The position numbers were made by a program, and so were the translations under genes. 64,000 nt of DNA. Source: Planctomycetota bacterium (GTDB taxonomy: Bacteria > Planctomycetota > UBA1135 > UBA2386). The stretch covers positions 136,631 to 200,630 of the forward strand of contig JACKIB010000004.1 in the NCBI GenBank assembly GCA_020638695.1. The letters run 5' to 3'. Position 1 is the stretch's first letter; the number at the start of each line of letters is the position of its first letter. The notes under the pieces are model-generated. The model saw only the letters and a program-made list of their open reading frames with translations. It was not told where the DNA came from and did no database searches. Shown here in pieces: positions 42,472 through 53,493 of this stretch.

Positions 42472-43466
42472 GCGTGGGCCGATGCGTCGCGGTGGTCGGG
42501 GCGACCGGTGCGGTCGGGCAGGAGCTCTTGCGCACCCTGGAGCAGCGTGACTTTCCGGTGCGCGAACTGAGGCTGTTGGCGTCCCCGCGATCGGCCGGTC
42601 GCCAGATGGAATTCTGCGGCGAATCGCTGCCGGTCGAGGTGCTCACCGCCGAGTCGTTCCGCGGTGTCGACCTGGCGTTGTTCTCCGCCGGCGGGGCGAC
42701 CAGTCGCGAGTTCGCGCCGCGGGCGGTCGACGCGGGAACGGTGGTGGTCGACAACAGCTCGGCGTTCCGCATGGATCCGACGGTTCCACTGGTGGTACCC
42801 GAGGTGAATGCGGCGGCGATCGCCGGCCACCGTGGGATCCTCGCCAACCCCAACTGTTCGACCATCCTGATGGTGGTCGTGCTGGCGCCGTTGCACCGTG
42901 CTGCGGGGCTCGAGCGGGTGCTGGTGGCGACCTACCAGGCGGCATCCGGAGCCGGGCAGCGGGCGATGGACGAGTTGCTGGCGATGACCCGCGCGGCGCT
43001 CGATGGCGCGCGGCCGGCGCCGGAGGTCTTGCCCCACCCGTTGGCGTTCAACCTGTTCCCGCAGGTCGACGTGTTCCAGCCGAGCGGTTACACGCGCGAG
43101 GAGGACAAGATGCAGGACGAGACCCGCAAGATCCTCGACCTACCCGAGCTTCGCGTCGAGGCGACCTGCGTGCGGGTGCCGGTGCTGCGTTGCCACAGCG
43201 AGGCGGTGTCGGTGGAGCTGTCGCGCCCGCTGACGCCCGCCGCCGCGTCCGAGGTACTGGCCGCCGCACCCGGGGTCGAGGTGCGCGACGATCCCGACGG
43301 CCGCGGGTTGCCGCAGCCGATCGACGTCACCGGCCGCGGCGAAGTCGTGGTCGGGCGGCTGCGCCCGAGCCGCGCGTTCGACCCCGGACTGGCGTTCTGG
43401 TTGGTCGGCGACCAGCTGCTGAAGGGTGCGGCGCTCAACGCGGTGCAGATCGCCGAGCTGCTCTGA
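42468..43466 (+). CDS. asd: Aspartate-semialdehyde dehydrogenase
   Basis: ATG overlaps the moaC stop (ATGA). [22 protein letters not shown] (active-site Cys), [12 protein letters not shown], and [17 protein letters not shown]. Confidence 0.9.
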   Translation: MSVGRCVAVVGATGAVGQELLRTLEQRDFPVRELRLLASPRSAGRQMEFCGESLPVEVLTAESFRGVDLALFSAGGATSREFAPRAVDAGTVVVDNSSAFRMDPTVPLVVPEVNAAAIAGHRGILANPNCSTILMVVVLAPLHRAAGLERVLVATYQAASGAGQRAMDELLAMTRAALDGARPAPEVLPHPLAFNLFPQVDVFQPSGYTREEDKMQDETRKILDLPELRVEATCVRVPVLRCHSEAVSVELSRPLTPAAASEVLAAAPGVEVRDDPDGRGLPQPIDVTGRGEVVVGRLRPSRAFDPGLAFWLVGDQLLKGAALNAVQIAELL

Positions 43467-43540
43467 CGGCGGATTTCTTTGTATTGCTCCGGGCGTTGCG
43501 CTCTGCTTGCCGCCTTCCCGGAAACCCACCCGAGAACCCA

Positions 43541-44170
43541 ATGGCTGTGAAGCGCTCCGTCACGCAGAAGAACGCCGCGGCACGCAAGCCGGCAGGTCGC
43601 GCAACCTCCGGTCGCAAGGCCGGCAAGGCGGCGAAACCCGCCAAGGCGGCGCCTGCCCCTGGCAAGGCGAAGGCGGAGTCGCAGCTTCCCGCCGAACCGA
43701 GTGCGTCGCGGGTGACGGAGATCCAACGGATCATCGACGTGATGGTCGCCGCCGGGGCGGTCGAGCTGGAGATGCGCGACCCGCAGGGAACCAAGCTGCG
43801 GGTGCGCCTCAAGGAAGATCGGCCGATCCTCACTACCCACCACGTCGCGCCGGCACTGCCCGCCGCCTCGGTCGCGTCGCCGGCCGCGGTGGCCGCACCC
43901 GCCGGCCACTCGGCTCCGGTGGTCATGGCGGGCGAGACCTTCCCGTCCCCGATGGTCGGCACGTTCTATCGCGCCGCGTCACCGGAGGCCGAGCCGTTCG
44001 TCGGTGCGGGCGACTCGGTCGGCGAGAACTCGACCCTGTGCATCATCGAGGCGATGAAGGTGATGAACGAAATCAAGGCCGAGTTCGTCGGCCGCGTGAT
44101 CGAGGTGCTGGTCGAGAACGGCGAGCCGGTCGAGTTCGGTCAACCCCTGTTCCGCATCGAGAGGAGCTGA
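43541..44170 (+). CDS. accB: Biotin carboxyl carrier protein of acetyl-CoA carboxylase, with a Lys/Ala/Pro-rich N-terminal extension
   Basis: Biotinylation motif [15 protein letters not shown] and a C-terminal lipoyl-like fold. The N-terminal 55 aa are [10 protein letters not shown]-like. The alternative start GTG ~43712 would remove the extension. Confidence 0.85.
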   Translation: MAVKRSVTQKNAAARKPAGRATSGRKAGKAAKPAKAAPAPGKAKAESQLPAEPSASRVTEIQRIIDVMVAAGAVELEMRDPQGTKLRVRLKEDRPILTTHHVAPALPAASVASPAAVAAPAGHSAPVVMAGETFPSPMVGTFYRAASPEAEPFVGAGDSVGENSTLCIIEAMKVMNEIKAEFVGRVIEVLVENGEPVEFGQPLFRIERS

Positions 44171-45520
44171 GTGGTGCTGCGCAGGATTCTGATCGCCAAC
44201 CGAGGCGAGATCGCCCTGCGCATCATGCGCGCCTGCAAGGAACTCGACATCGAGACGGTGGCCGTCTACTCGGAGGCCGACCGGGGTGCGCTCCACCTCC
44301 GCTACGCGGACGAGACCGTGTGCATCGGCCCGGCGCCGAGCGGTGAGAGCTACCTCAACGTGCCGGCGCTGATCGCCGCCGCCGAGATCTCCGATGTCGA
44401 CGCGATCCACCCCGGCTACGGCTTCCTGTCGGAGAACGCGCACTTCGTCGAGGTCTGCCAGTCGTGCAACATCCAGTTCATCGGACCCTCCGCCGAGACG
44501 ATCTCCACCGCGGGCGACAAGGTCGCGGCGATCGAACTCGCGCGGCGCGCCGAGGTGCCGACCGTTCCCGGTAGCGGTGGGCCGGTCGAACAAGAGGCCG
44601 AGGTGCTGCGGGTCGCCGGTGCGATCGGCTACCCGATCCTGATCAAGGCGGCGGCCGGTGGCGGCGGGCGCGGAATGCGCGTCGCGCGCAACGACGAAGA
44701 GGCGGTCGCCGGATACCACGCGGCGCGCTCCGAGGCCAAGGCCGCGTTCCACGACGACACCGTCTACATCGAGCGGTTCGTCGAGCGGCCCCGCCACGTC
44801 GAGGTACAGATCCTCGCCGACAAGCACGGCAACGTGATCCACCTCGGGCAACGCGATTGCTCGATCCAGCGCCGCCACCAGAAGCTGCTCGAGGAGAGTC
44901 CGTGCGTGGTGCTCGACGACGCGACGCGCACCGCGATGGGTGACGCTGCGGTGCGCTTGGCGCATGCGGCCGGCTACTACTCGGCCGGCACCGTCGAGTT
45001 CATCCTCGATCAGCAGGGTCGCTTCTACTTCATCGAAGTCAACTCGCGCATCCAGGTCGAGCACCCGGTGACCGAGGAAGTCACCGGAGTCGACCTCATC
45101 CAGGAGATGATCCGAATCGCCGCGGGCGAGCGGCTGTCGATCCGGCAAGAGGATGTGCAGATCCGCGGCCACGCGTTCGAGTTCCGCATCAACGCCGAGG
45201 ACCCGGAGCGCAACTTCCAACCCTGTCCGGGCACCATCGACGTGATGATCCCGCCAGGCGGCCCGGGTGTGCGCTGGGACAGCCACGTCTATCAGGGCTA
45301 CAAGGTGCCGCCGTACTACGACTCGATGATCGGCAAGCTGATCGTGCACCGTCCGACCCGGCTGAAGGCGATCCAGACCGCACGCCGCGCGCTCGCCGAG
45401 ATGCACATCGGGGGCGTCGCGACCACGGTGCCGTTGTTCCGCAAGATCCTCGAGCACTCGGATTTCGTGAAGGGTGACGTCGACACCGGGTTCGTCGAGC
45501 GGTTCTTCGCGCCGCGATGA
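44171..45520 (+). CDS. accC: Acetyl-CoA carboxylase biotin carboxylase subunit
   Basis: [36 protein letters not shown] and EMNTR-like [16 protein letters not shown] motifs. 449 aa. Confidence 0.95.
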   Translation: MVLRRILIANRGEIALRIMRACKELDIETVAVYSEADRGALHLRYADETVCIGPAPSGESYLNVPALIAAAEISDVDAIHPGYGFLSENAHFVEVCQSCNIQFIGPSAETISTAGDKVAAIELARRAEVPTVPGSGGPVEQEAEVLRVAGAIGYPILIKAAAGGGGRGMRVARNDEEAVAGYHAARSEAKAAFHDDTVYIERFVERPRHVEVQILADKHGNVIHLGQRDCSIQRRHQKLLEESPCVVLDDATRTAMGDAAVRLAHAAGYYSAGTVEFILDQQGRFYFIEVNSRIQVEHPVTEEVTGVDLIQEMIRIAAGERLSIRQEDVQIRGHAFEFRINAEDPERNFQPCPGTIDVMIPPGGPGVRWDSHVYQGYKVPPYYDSMIGKLIVHRPTRLKAIQTARRALAEMHIGGVATTVPLFRKILEHSDFVKGDVDTGFVERFFAPR

Positions 45521-46614
45521 TCCCGACCGAACGCCAAGCCGCCGCGGGGGACTCGGGTCCGGAGCGGTCGCTGCGGGTCGGAGTCCTGACCGGCGGTGGT
45601 GACGCGCCGGGGCTCAACGCGGCGATCTGTGGACTGGGGCGACGGCTGTTGCCACTCGGCCACCGGCTGTTCGGGTTCCGCCACGGCTGGCAGGGTCTGA
45701 TCGAGGACGACGCCTGGGAGATCGAGCCGCGTGAATTCTCCGACCTGATCGCGCGCGGCGGCACGATCCTCGGTGCGGGTTCGGCCAATCCCTACAACCA
45801 GCCCGAGCGCGATGTCCCGCGGGTGCTCGAGACCATCCAGCGACGGCGTCTCGACGCGGTGGTGGCGATCGGTGGCGATGGCACGCTGGGCGCCGCCCAG
45901 CGGTTGGCCGATGAGCACGGCGTGTCGATCGTCGGGGTCCCCAAGACCATCGACAACGACTTGTGCGGGACCGACTTCACCTTCGGCTTCTTCACCGCAG
46001 TCGAACGGGTGACTCGCTGCATCGACGACCTGCGCACCACCGCCAAGGCCCACGACCGAGTGATGGTGGTGGAGTGCATGGGCCGCCACGCCGGTTGGAT
46101 CACCGCGTACGCCGGGGTCGCGGCGGCGGCCGAGGCGATCTTGGTGCCGGAACGTCCGGTGGAGCTGCGCGAGCTGTTCGGCCGCCTGCAGGTGCTGCGC
46201 GACGCCGGCCACAAGTCGGCCGTGCTGGCGGTGGCCGAGGGGGCGCGGCTGTATCGGGATGGGGTGTTGCTGTCGACCACACAGACCGACCGGTATGGCC
46301 AGTTTCTCACCGGTGGGGTGGCGCGGATGGTCGCTTCCGAGGTCCAGCGCGAGGTCGGTTGGGAGGCCCGTGCCGTGGAGTTGGGCCACTTGCAGCGCGC
46401 CGGGCGGCCGCTGGCGATGGACCGGATCTTCGCGCTGCGGCTCGGCGCCCACGCCGCGACGCTCCTGTTGGAGGGACGATTCGGTCGGATGGCCGCCATG
46501 CAGAACGGCGAGATTGCCGATGTACCGCTGGCGGAGGCGGTTGCTCGGATTCGCAAGCTCAGCGACCATTTCCTCGACCGCTACGAGGCGTTCTTCGCCT
46601 TCCCCAACCCATGA
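45517..46614 (+). CDS. pfk: 6-phosphofructokinase (ATP- or PPi-dependent, signature mixed)
   Basis: ATG overlaps the accC stop (ATGA). [30 protein letters not shown] and MGRHAGW motifs. Confidence 0.88.
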   Translation: MIPTERQAAAGDSGPERSLRVGVLTGGGDAPGLNAAICGLGRRLLPLGHRLFGFRHGWQGLIEDDAWEIEPREFSDLIARGGTILGAGSANPYNQPERDVPRVLETIQRRRLDAVVAIGGDGTLGAAQRLADEHGVSIVGVPKTIDNDLCGTDFTFGFFTAVERVTRCIDDLRTTAKAHDRVMVVECMGRHAGWITAYAGVAAAAEAILVPERPVELRELFGRLQVLRDAGHKSAVLAVAEGARLYRDGVLLSTTQTDRYGQFLTGGVARMVASEVQREVGWEARAVELGHLQRAGRPLAMDRIFALRLGAHAATLLLEGRFGRMAAMQNGEIADVPLAEAVARIRKLSDHFLDRYEAFFAFPNP

Positions 46615-47732
46615 ACAAGGGCCTACCACGCACTGTTCGACTCCCCAGCTCGGGCGTTTTGCTCGGGTTGCTGCTGGTGGTGGTCGCGCCGAGTGCACCG
46701 GCGCAGATCTGGCGGCGGCTGCAGTCGCCGCAGGATCAGGCGCGCGATCAGCAGGAACGGGAAGCGCTACTCCGGTCGCAGCAGGCGGACGACCTGCAGC
46801 ACCAGAGCATGTTCCCCTACAGCACCATGCCGCGCGGCCTGCCGCTGCCCTTCCACCTCGGCTACCGGCCGGGTCTGCAGCAGTTGTTCCCCGCGAACCC
46901 CGGGTTGCCGTCCTACCCGGGCAACGTGCCGGGCTACGGCAATTACCCCGGCGCCGCGCAGGATCCCGGCAAGTCCGGTGTGCCCAGTTTGGAGCCCGGG
47001 ATGCTGAAGCCGGACGACGGCAACGCCTGGCCGTCGTGGATCACCCACAGCACCGCAAAGGTGGGGTCCGAGGCGACCGCCGACCAGGCGGTGCTGGTCC
47101 GGGTGACCGACCGGGTCTGGCTGCGTGCCCCGGGCGAACCGGCATACGTGCCGCTGGCCTTCCACGACCGCTTCCGCGTGCTGCAAACCGGCAGCCAGGT
47201 CGGGGTGCGTGGCAAGGGCGAGTACCAGGTCGTCACGCACGACGGGGGCAAGCTCAGCTCGCGCGGTCCGTGCAGCCTCACGGTGGTGGCGATGAGCGAG
47301 CGGGAGATGAGCCTCGAGCTGTCCACCCTCGATTCGCTTTGGCTTTCGGCCACGCTGCGGCCGGTGCACGCCAAGCTGCCCGACGGCACCGAACTCGACT
47401 TCACCAACAGCGCGGTCTACCTGGAGCGCCGTGGCAGCCGCTGCCGGCTGGAGAACAACGGCAACAGCGTGGTCAAGTTTCGCGGCGCCGCGGGCCGCGG
47501 TGAGCTGCGCCCCACCGACTACATGACCCTGTGGATGCAGGAGCCGGCCACCGTGGCACCGGCCGACGCGTTGCAGGTGTCCGGCGACCTCGTCAAATCG
47601 CAGAGCGGGGCTGCGACCGAGTTGCGTGGTGCCGCCAAGGGCCGCGTCGACTGGTCCGGTGCCCGCTTCAAAGTCGAGGAAGGCGCGACGCTGAGCGTGG
47701 CGCCCCTACCCAACCTTTCGTCCAAGCGCTGA
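46611..47732 (+). CDS. Secreted protein of unknown function
   Basis: ATG overlaps the pfk stop (ATGA). Signal [16 protein letters not shown], a Pro/Gly/Tyr-rich linker, then a beta-rich C-terminal half. The listed ORF start (45963) lies inside pfk. Confidence 0.55.
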   Translation: MNKGLPRTVRLPSSGVLLGLLLVVVAPSAPAQIWRRLQSPQDQARDQQEREALLRSQQADDLQHQSMFPYSTMPRGLPLPFHLGYRPGLQQLFPANPGLPSYPGNVPGYGNYPGAAQDPGKSGVPSLEPGMLKPDDGNAWPSWITHSTAKVGSEATADQAVLVRVTDRVWLRAPGEPAYVPLAFHDRFRVLQTGSQVGVRGKGEYQVVTHDGGKLSSRGPCSLTVVAMSEREMSLELSTLDSLWLSATLRPVHAKLPDGTELDFTNSAVYLERRGSRCRLENNGNSVVKFRGAAGRGELRPTDYMTLWMQEPATVAPADALQVSGDLVKSQSGAATELRGAAKGRVDWSGARFKVEEGATLSVAPLPNLSSKR

Positions 47733-47758
47733 CCCCAGCCGACCAGCCCGTCGAGTCC

Positions 47759-48709
47759 ATGTCCGCAAGCAAACGTGTCTTGGTCACCGGCGGTGCCGGC
47801 TTCCTCGGTTCGCACCTGTGCGAGCGCTTCCTCGCAGATGGCCTCGATGTCATCTGCATGGACAACCTGATCACCGGGGATCTCGCCAACATCGAGCACT
47901 TGATGGGGGATCCGAAGTTCACGTTCCACCATCAGGACGTGACCCACTTCATCCACGTCCCCGGTCAGCTCGACTACATCCTGCACTTCGCATCGCCGGC
48001 GAGCCCGATCGACTACCTCGAGTTGCCGATTCAGACCATGAAGGTCGGTAGCCTCGGCACGCACAAGGCGCTCGGGTTGGCGCGGGAGAAGAACGCGCGG
48101 TTCCTGCTGGCCAGCACCAGCGAGGTCTACGGCGACCCGCTCATCCACCCGCAGCGCGAGGACTACTGGGGCAACGTCAACCCGGTGGGGCCGCGCGGCT
48201 GCTACGACGAGGCCAAGCGGTTCGCCGAGGCGATCACCATGGCGTACCACCGCTACCACGGGGTGGCGACGCGGATCGTGCGGATCTTCAACACCTACGG
48301 CCCACGCATGCGGCTGAACGACGGTCGGGTGCTGCCGGCGTTCATGAGCCAAGCGCTGCGTGGCGAGGACCTGACGGTGTTCGGCGACGGCAGCCAGACG
48401 CGCAGCTTCTGCTACGTCGACGACCTGGTCGAAGGCCTGGTGCGACTGCTGCACAGCGACGAGGTCGACCCGACCAACATCGGCAACCCCCACGAGATGA
48501 CCATCCGGCAGTTCGGCGAGGCGATCCTCCGTCTCACCGGCTCGACGTCGAAGTTCGTCGAGAAGCCCCTGCCGGTCGACGACCCGAAGATCCGCCAGCC
48601 CGATATCGCCAAGGCGCGGCGGGTGCTGGGCTGGGAGCCGGTAGTTTCGCTCGAAGAGGGTTTGCAGCGCACTTGCGATTATTTCCGGGACAAGCTCGGC
48701 CTACGCTGA
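47759..48709 (+). CDS. UDP-glucuronate decarboxylase (UDP-xylose synthase)-like SDR
   Basis: [34 protein letters not shown] (YxxxK) and [12 protein letters not shown], a pattern I recognise from UXS/ArnA-C-type decarboxylases. Confidence 0.8.
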   Translation: MSASKRVLVTGGAGFLGSHLCERFLADGLDVICMDNLITGDLANIEHLMGDPKFTFHHQDVTHFIHVPGQLDYILHFASPASPIDYLELPIQTMKVGSLGTHKALGLAREKNARFLLASTSEVYGDPLIHPQREDYWGNVNPVGPRGCYDEAKRFAEAITMAYHRYHGVATRIVRIFNTYGPRMRLNDGRVLPAFMSQALRGEDLTVFGDGSQTRSFCYVDDLVEGLVRLLHSDEVDPTNIGNPHEMTIRQFGEAILRLTGSTSKFVEKPLPVDDPKIRQPDIAKARRVLGWEPVVSLEEGLQRTCDYFRDKLGLR

Positions 48710-48772
48710 GCGTCCGATGAGTTACGCGATCGGATCCCTGTCCCTCGCTCTCGGACCAAGGAGCGGCCACCT

Positions 48773-49750
48773 GTGCGACGTGTCTTGATCACCGGCGGTG
48801 CCGGCTTCATCGGCACCCATTTGGCAACTCGGCTGCTCGATGCCGGCGACTCGGTCGTGGTGCTCGACTGCTTCGACCCGTTCTACGACCCGGCGATCAA
48901 GCGGCGCAACGTCGCCGGTCTGCGCGCCCGAGGTGGCGACCGCTTCGAGCTGCTCGAGGGCGACATCCGCGAGCCCGAGGCCTGTCGTGCCGCGGTCGAG
49001 GACGTCGACGGGGTGATGCACCTCGCCGCGCTGGCCGGCGTCCGCCCATCGCTCGAGGATCCGGTGCGCTACATGGACGTCAACGTGCGCGGCACGCAAG
49101 TGCTGCTCAACGCGGTGCGCGATGCCGCGGCGCGCAAGCCGATCCGGTTCCTGTTCGGCAGCTCGTCGTCGGTCTACGGCGGCAACGTCAAGGTGCCATT
49201 CGCCGAGAGCGATCCGGTCGAGCACCCGGTCTCGCCGTACGCCGCCAGCAAGCGCGCCGGCGAGCTGATTTGCTACACGTTCCACCACCTGACCGGGATC
49301 CCGGTCACCTGCCTGCGGTTCTTCACCGTGTTCGGTCCGGGCCAGCGCCCGGAGATGGCGATCCACAAGTTCAGCCGGATGATCGTCGATGGCAAGCCGG
49401 TGCCGATGTTCGGCGACGGTACCACCAGCCGCGACTACACGTTCGTGTCGGACATCGTCGATGGGCTGGTGGCGGCGCTGGAGCGCGCGGACGGCTACCG
49501 GATCTACAACCTCGGCGGGTCGCGGACCACGACGCTGGCCGAGCTGATCCGCGGCATCGAGCAGGCCCTGGGTCGCACCGCGGTGATCGAACGGTTGCCC
49601 GAGCAGCCCGGTGACGTGAAGACCACCAACGCCGACCTCACGCTGGTGGAGCGCGAGCTCGGCTTCATGCCCAAGGTCTCGATGGCCGAAGGGCTCCGCC
49701 AGTTCGCTGCCTGGTATCTCGCCGAGCGGGAGGCCGGCAGGGTCTCGTAG
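48773..49750 (+). CDS. NAD-dependent sugar-nucleotide epimerase (UDP-glucuronate 4-epimerase-like)
   Basis: [38 protein letters not shown] (YxxxK) and FFTVFGPGQRPEMA. Confidence 0.7.
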   Translation: MRRVLITGGAGFIGTHLATRLLDAGDSVVVLDCFDPFYDPAIKRRNVAGLRARGGDRFELLEGDIREPEACRAAVEDVDGVMHLAALAGVRPSLEDPVRYMDVNVRGTQVLLNAVRDAAARKPIRFLFGSSSSVYGGNVKVPFAESDPVEHPVSPYAASKRAGELICYTFHHLTGIPVTCLRFFTVFGPGQRPEMAIHKFSRMIVDGKPVPMFGDGTTSRDYTFVSDIVDGLVAALERADGYRIYNLGGSRTTTLAELIRGIEQALGRTAVIERLPEQPGDVKTTNADLTLVERELGFMPKVSMAEGLRQFAAWYLAEREAGRVS

Positions 49751-49763
49751 CGTCCGTTCGACC

Positions 49764-50699
49764 ATGCCCAGATACCTCGTCACCGGCGGCGCCGGATTCA
49801 TCGGCTCCCACCTGACCGAGGCGTTGCTCGCCAACGGCGACAGCGTCGTGGTGTTCGACAACTTCAGCTCCGGCAAGCGCGGCAACCTGGAGCACCTCGA
49901 CGGGCCGTTCGAAGTGGTGGAGGGGAGCATCACCGACCTGGCGGCGCTCGACGCCGCGTTGCGTGGCTGCCAGGGGGTTTTCCACCTCGCTGCGGTGCCG
50001 TCGGTGCCGCGCAGTGTGAAGTACCCGTTGGAATCACATGAGGCCAATGCGACCGGCACCATCCTGGTGCTCGACGCAGCGCGCCGCGCCGGTTGCAAGG
50101 TGGTGTACGCCGGGTCGTCGTCGGCCTACGGCGACCAGGACGTGGCCGAGAAGCACGAGGAGCTGCGCGAACGGCCGATGTCGCCGTACGCCGCCGCCAA
50201 GCTGGCCGGCGAGCTCAACTGCCGGGCGTTTGCCAACGTCTACGGTCTGCCGATCGTGGTCACCCGGTTCTTCAACGTGTTCGGCCCGCGGCAAGTCCCG
50301 GACAGCCCGTACTCCGGCGTGGTGGCGGCGTTCAGCCTCGCGCTGCTGCGCGGCACCACCCCGGTGATCCACGGCACCGGCGCGCAATCCCGCGATTTTA
50401 CCTTTGTGGCCGACGTCGCGCGGGGTTGCATACTCGCGATGCAGTCGGCCCTCGACGGCTGCCACGTGGTCAACCTCGCCTGCGGCGGCAGCCACTCGGT
50501 GCTCGACATCCTGCGCGGGCTGGCGCACCACGCCGGCGTGACGGTCGAGCCGGAGTTCCTGCCGGCGCGCACCGGTGACGTGATGAACTCGCGGGCCGAC
50601 ATCACGCGAGCCCGCGAGCTGCTCGGTTTCGCCCCGCAGGTGTCGCTGCTCGACGGACTGAGAATCACCTACGACTGGTATCGGAGCGTCTACGCATGA
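49764..50699 (+). CDS. NAD-dependent epimerase/dehydratase (WbpP/TviC-like)
   Basis: [32 protein letters not shown] (YxxxK) and FFNVFGPRQ. Confidence 0.7.
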   Translation: MPRYLVTGGAGFIGSHLTEALLANGDSVVVFDNFSSGKRGNLEHLDGPFEVVEGSITDLAALDAALRGCQGVFHLAAVPSVPRSVKYPLESHEANATGTILVLDAARRAGCKVVYAGSSSAYGDQDVAEKHEELRERPMSPYAAAKLAGELNCRAFANVYGLPIVVTRFFNVFGPRQVPDSPYSGVVAAFSLALLRGTTPVIHGTGAQSRDFTFVADVARGCILAMQSALDGCHVVNLACGGSHSVLDILRGLAHHAGVTVEPEFLPARTGDVMNSRADITRARELLGFAPQVSLLDGLRITYDWYRSVYA

Positions 50700-51433
50700 A
50701 AGGCATCGTCCTCGCTGGCGGGCTCGGCACCCGGCTCTACCCGCTGACCAAGATCACCAACAAGCATCTGCTGCCGGTGTACGACAAGCCGATGATCTAC
50801 TACCCGATCCAGTGTCTGGTGAACGCCGGGATCACCGACATCCAGATCGTGACGGGTGGGAACAGCGCAGGGCACTTCCTGCAGCTGCTCGGCAACGGTG
50901 CCGACTTCGGCCTCAAGGATCTCAACTACACCTTCCAGCAGGGTGAAGGCGGTATCGCCGACGCGCTGAAGCTGGCGGAGAACTTCGCCGACGGCGAGGA
51001 CATCGCGGTGGTGCTCGGCGACAACATCATCGAAGGCTCGATCCGCAAGCCGGTCGAGGACTTCGCCAAGCAGGGCAAGGGCGCCAAGATCCTGCTGAAG
51101 GAGGTGTCCGATCCGGAGCGGTTCGGCGTCGCCACCGTCGACGAGCAGGGCAAGGTGGTGCGGATCGTCGAGAAGCCGAAGGAGCCGGAGTCCAACAAGG
51201 CGGTGATCGGCATCTACATGTACGACGCCGAGGTGTTCGACATCGTCCGCACCCTCAAGCCGTCGGGCCGCGGCGAGTTGGAGATCACCGACGTGAACAA
51301 CGCCTACATCCAGCGCGGCACCATGACCGCCGATGTGCTCAAGGGCTGGTGGACCGACGCAGGTACGTTCGATTCGCTGCTGCGCGCGTCCAACTTGGTG
51401 GCCGAGAGCGGCGCCAACCGGCAGGACCTGTGA
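50696..51433 (+). CDS. rmlA: Glucose-1-phosphate thymidylyl/nucleotidyl-transferase (245-aa NTP_transferase type)
   Basis: ATG overlaps the preceding stop. MKGIVLAGGLGTRLYPLTKITNKHLLPVYDKPMIYYPI and LGDNI. Sugar/nucleotide specificity cannot be read from the sequence. Confidence 0.75.
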   Translation: MKGIVLAGGLGTRLYPLTKITNKHLLPVYDKPMIYYPIQCLVNAGITDIQIVTGGNSAGHFLQLLGNGADFGLKDLNYTFQQGEGGIADALKLAENFADGEDIAVVLGDNIIEGSIRKPVEDFAKQGKGAKILLKEVSDPERFGVATVDEQGKVVRIVEKPKEPESNKAVIGIYMYDAEVFDIVRTLKPSGRGELEITDVNNAYIQRGTMTADVLKGWWTDAGTFDSLLRASNLVAESGANRQDL

Positions 51434-52281
51434 GATTCCTGGTCACCGGAGCCCTGGGGCAGCTCGGCCGCGTCGCCTGTGAAGCCGTCGCGGCGCGCGG
51501 CTGGCAGGCGATCGCCACCGACGTGCCCGAGGTTCCGGTCGACGACTTCGATGCGCTGGCGGCCGTGTTCGGTCGCGAGCAGCCGACGCACGTGCTGCAC
51601 TGCGGCGCGATCACCAACGTCGATGGCTGCGAAGCCGATCCCGACACCGCCAATCGGGTCAACGGTACCGGCACGGCCCACGTCGCGCGACTTGCCGAAC
51701 AGCACGGCGCGGCGCTGGTCTACGTCAGCACCGACTTCGTGTTCGACGGCAAGGGAACGCGACCGTACCGCCCCGAGGACCCGCCGGGGCCGATCTCGGC
51801 GTACGGTGTCAGCAAGCTGCTCGGCGAGCGGGCGGTGCTCGAGCGCGGGTGCGCCGCGTTCTACGTCACCCGCACTGCGTGGGTGTTCGGCCCTGGCGGC
51901 AAGAACTTCCCCAGGGCGATCCTCGATCGTGCCCGCTCCGGACAACCGCTCCGGGTGGTCGACGATCAGATCGGCTGCCCCAGCATGACCCGTGATCTCG
52001 CCGAGGCGATGCTGGACCTGATCACCTCCGGGGCGCCGGGCGGCATCTACCACATGGCCAACGAGGGCTCGTGCTCGTGGCACCGATTCGCTTGCCAGAT
52101 CCTGCAGGCGGCGGCGATCGACGTCCCGGTGGGCACGATGAGCAGCGCCGAGCTCGGTCGGCCGGCACCGCGGCCGGCGTATTCGGTGTTGGACTGCAGC
52201 AAGCTGACCGCGGTGCGGGGCAAGCCGCTACCGCACTACGAGGATGCCCTGCGTCGCTACCTGCAGGAAGAACTCTCATGA
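51430..52281 (+). CDS. rmlD: dTDP-4-dehydrorhamnose reductase
   Basis: GTG overlaps the preceding stop (GTGA). [28 protein letters not shown] (YxxxK) and DQIGCPS. Confidence 0.85.
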   Translation: MRFLVTGALGQLGRVACEAVAARGWQAIATDVPEVPVDDFDALAAVFGREQPTHVLHCGAITNVDGCEADPDTANRVNGTGTAHVARLAEQHGAALVYVSTDFVFDGKGTRPYRPEDPPGPISAYGVSKLLGERAVLERGCAAFYVTRTAWVFGPGGKNFPRAILDRARSGQPLRVVDDQIGCPSMTRDLAEAMLDLITSGAPGGIYHMANEGSCSWHRFACQILQAAAIDVPVGTMSSAELGRPAPRPAYSVLDCSKLTAVRGKPLPHYEDALRRYLQEELS

Positions 52282-53288
52282 GCAAGATCCTGGTCACCGG
52301 CGGAGCCGGCTTCATCGGTTCGAACTTCATCCGCTTGCTGCTGCAGCGCGGCGGCCACCAGGTGGTCAACCTCGACGCGCTGACCTACGCCGGCAACTTG
52401 GAGAGCCTCGCCGATGTGGCGAACGAACCGGGTTACGCGTTCGTCAAGGGCGACATCGCCGAGCGCGACCAAGTCGAGGCGGTGTTCGCCGCCCACCGCC
52501 CGTCGGTGGTGGTGCACTTCGCCGCCGAGAGCCACGTCGACCGCTCGGTACTCGACGCCAGCGCGTTCGTGCGCACCAACGTGATGGGCACCCAGGTGCT
52601 GCTCGACGTGGCGCGGGCCAACGGCGTCGAGCGGTTCGTGCACGTCAGCACCGACGAGGTCTACGGCAGTCTCGGGGCGACCGGGAAGTTCACCGAGTCC
52701 ACCCCGCTGGCGCCCAACTCACCGTACTCTGCGAGCAAGACCGGCAGCGATCTGCTGGTGCGCGCGGCGTTCCACACCCACGGCTTCCCGTGTCTCACGA
52801 CCCGCTGTTCGAACAACTACGGGCCGTTCCAATTCCCCGAGAAGCTGATCCCGCTGATGATCCTGAACGCGCTCGACGGCAAGAGCCTGCCGGTGTACGG
52901 CGACGGCAAGAACGTGCGCGACTGGATCTACGTCACCGACCACTGCTCCGGCATCCTGGCGGTGATGGAGCGCGGTCGTGACGGCGAGGTGTACAACATC
53001 GGCGGCAATGCCGAGAAACAGAACATCGAGGTGGTCAAGACGCTGCTCGGGCTGCTCGGCAAGGGCGAGGAGCTGATCACCTTCGTCAAGGATCGGCCCG
53101 GCCACGACCTGCGGTACGCGATCGACAACACGAAGATCCGCAGCGAACTCGGCTGGGAACCTGCCCACAGTTTCGACACGGCCCTGCGCGAGACGGTCGA
53201 CTGGTATCGCAGCAACGCGGCGTGGTGCGGCTCGGTGCGCAGCGGGGCCTACCGCGATTACTACGCGCGGCAGTACGACGCGCGGTAG
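52278..53288 (+). CDS. rmlB: dTDP-glucose 4,6-dehydratase
   Basis: ATG overlaps the preceding stop (ATGA). [43 protein letters not shown] and [12 protein letters not shown]. Confidence 0.92.
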   Translation: MSKILVTGGAGFIGSNFIRLLLQRGGHQVVNLDALTYAGNLESLADVANEPGYAFVKGDIAERDQVEAVFAAHRPSVVVHFAAESHVDRSVLDASAFVRTNVMGTQVLLDVARANGVERFVHVSTDEVYGSLGATGKFTESTPLAPNSPYSASKTGSDLLVRAAFHTHGFPCLTTRCSNNYGPFQFPEKLIPLMILNALDGKSLPVYGDGKNVRDWIYVTDHCSGILAVMERGRDGEVYNIGGNAEKQNIEVVKTLLGLLGKGEELITFVKDRPGHDLRYAIDNTKIRSELGWEPAHSFDTALRETVDWYRSNAAWCGSVRSGAYRDYYARQYDAR

Positions 53289-53493
53289 CCCGGCTCCACC
53301 ATGACCGGGGCGGCGCGATCGTGCGCGTAGCTTGCGAATCGTCCGGGTGCCGGAACCCCTTTGGACCGGCTGCGGACTGGTCGATAACGAGGCAGGTAGT
53401 GGCCGCGGTGCTTTGCAGCGGAAAGGGAACGGCGTACGATACCGGACTCCCCTCTGCTCCAACCGGGGTTCTGCCCGGTCCTCGAACGCGTCC

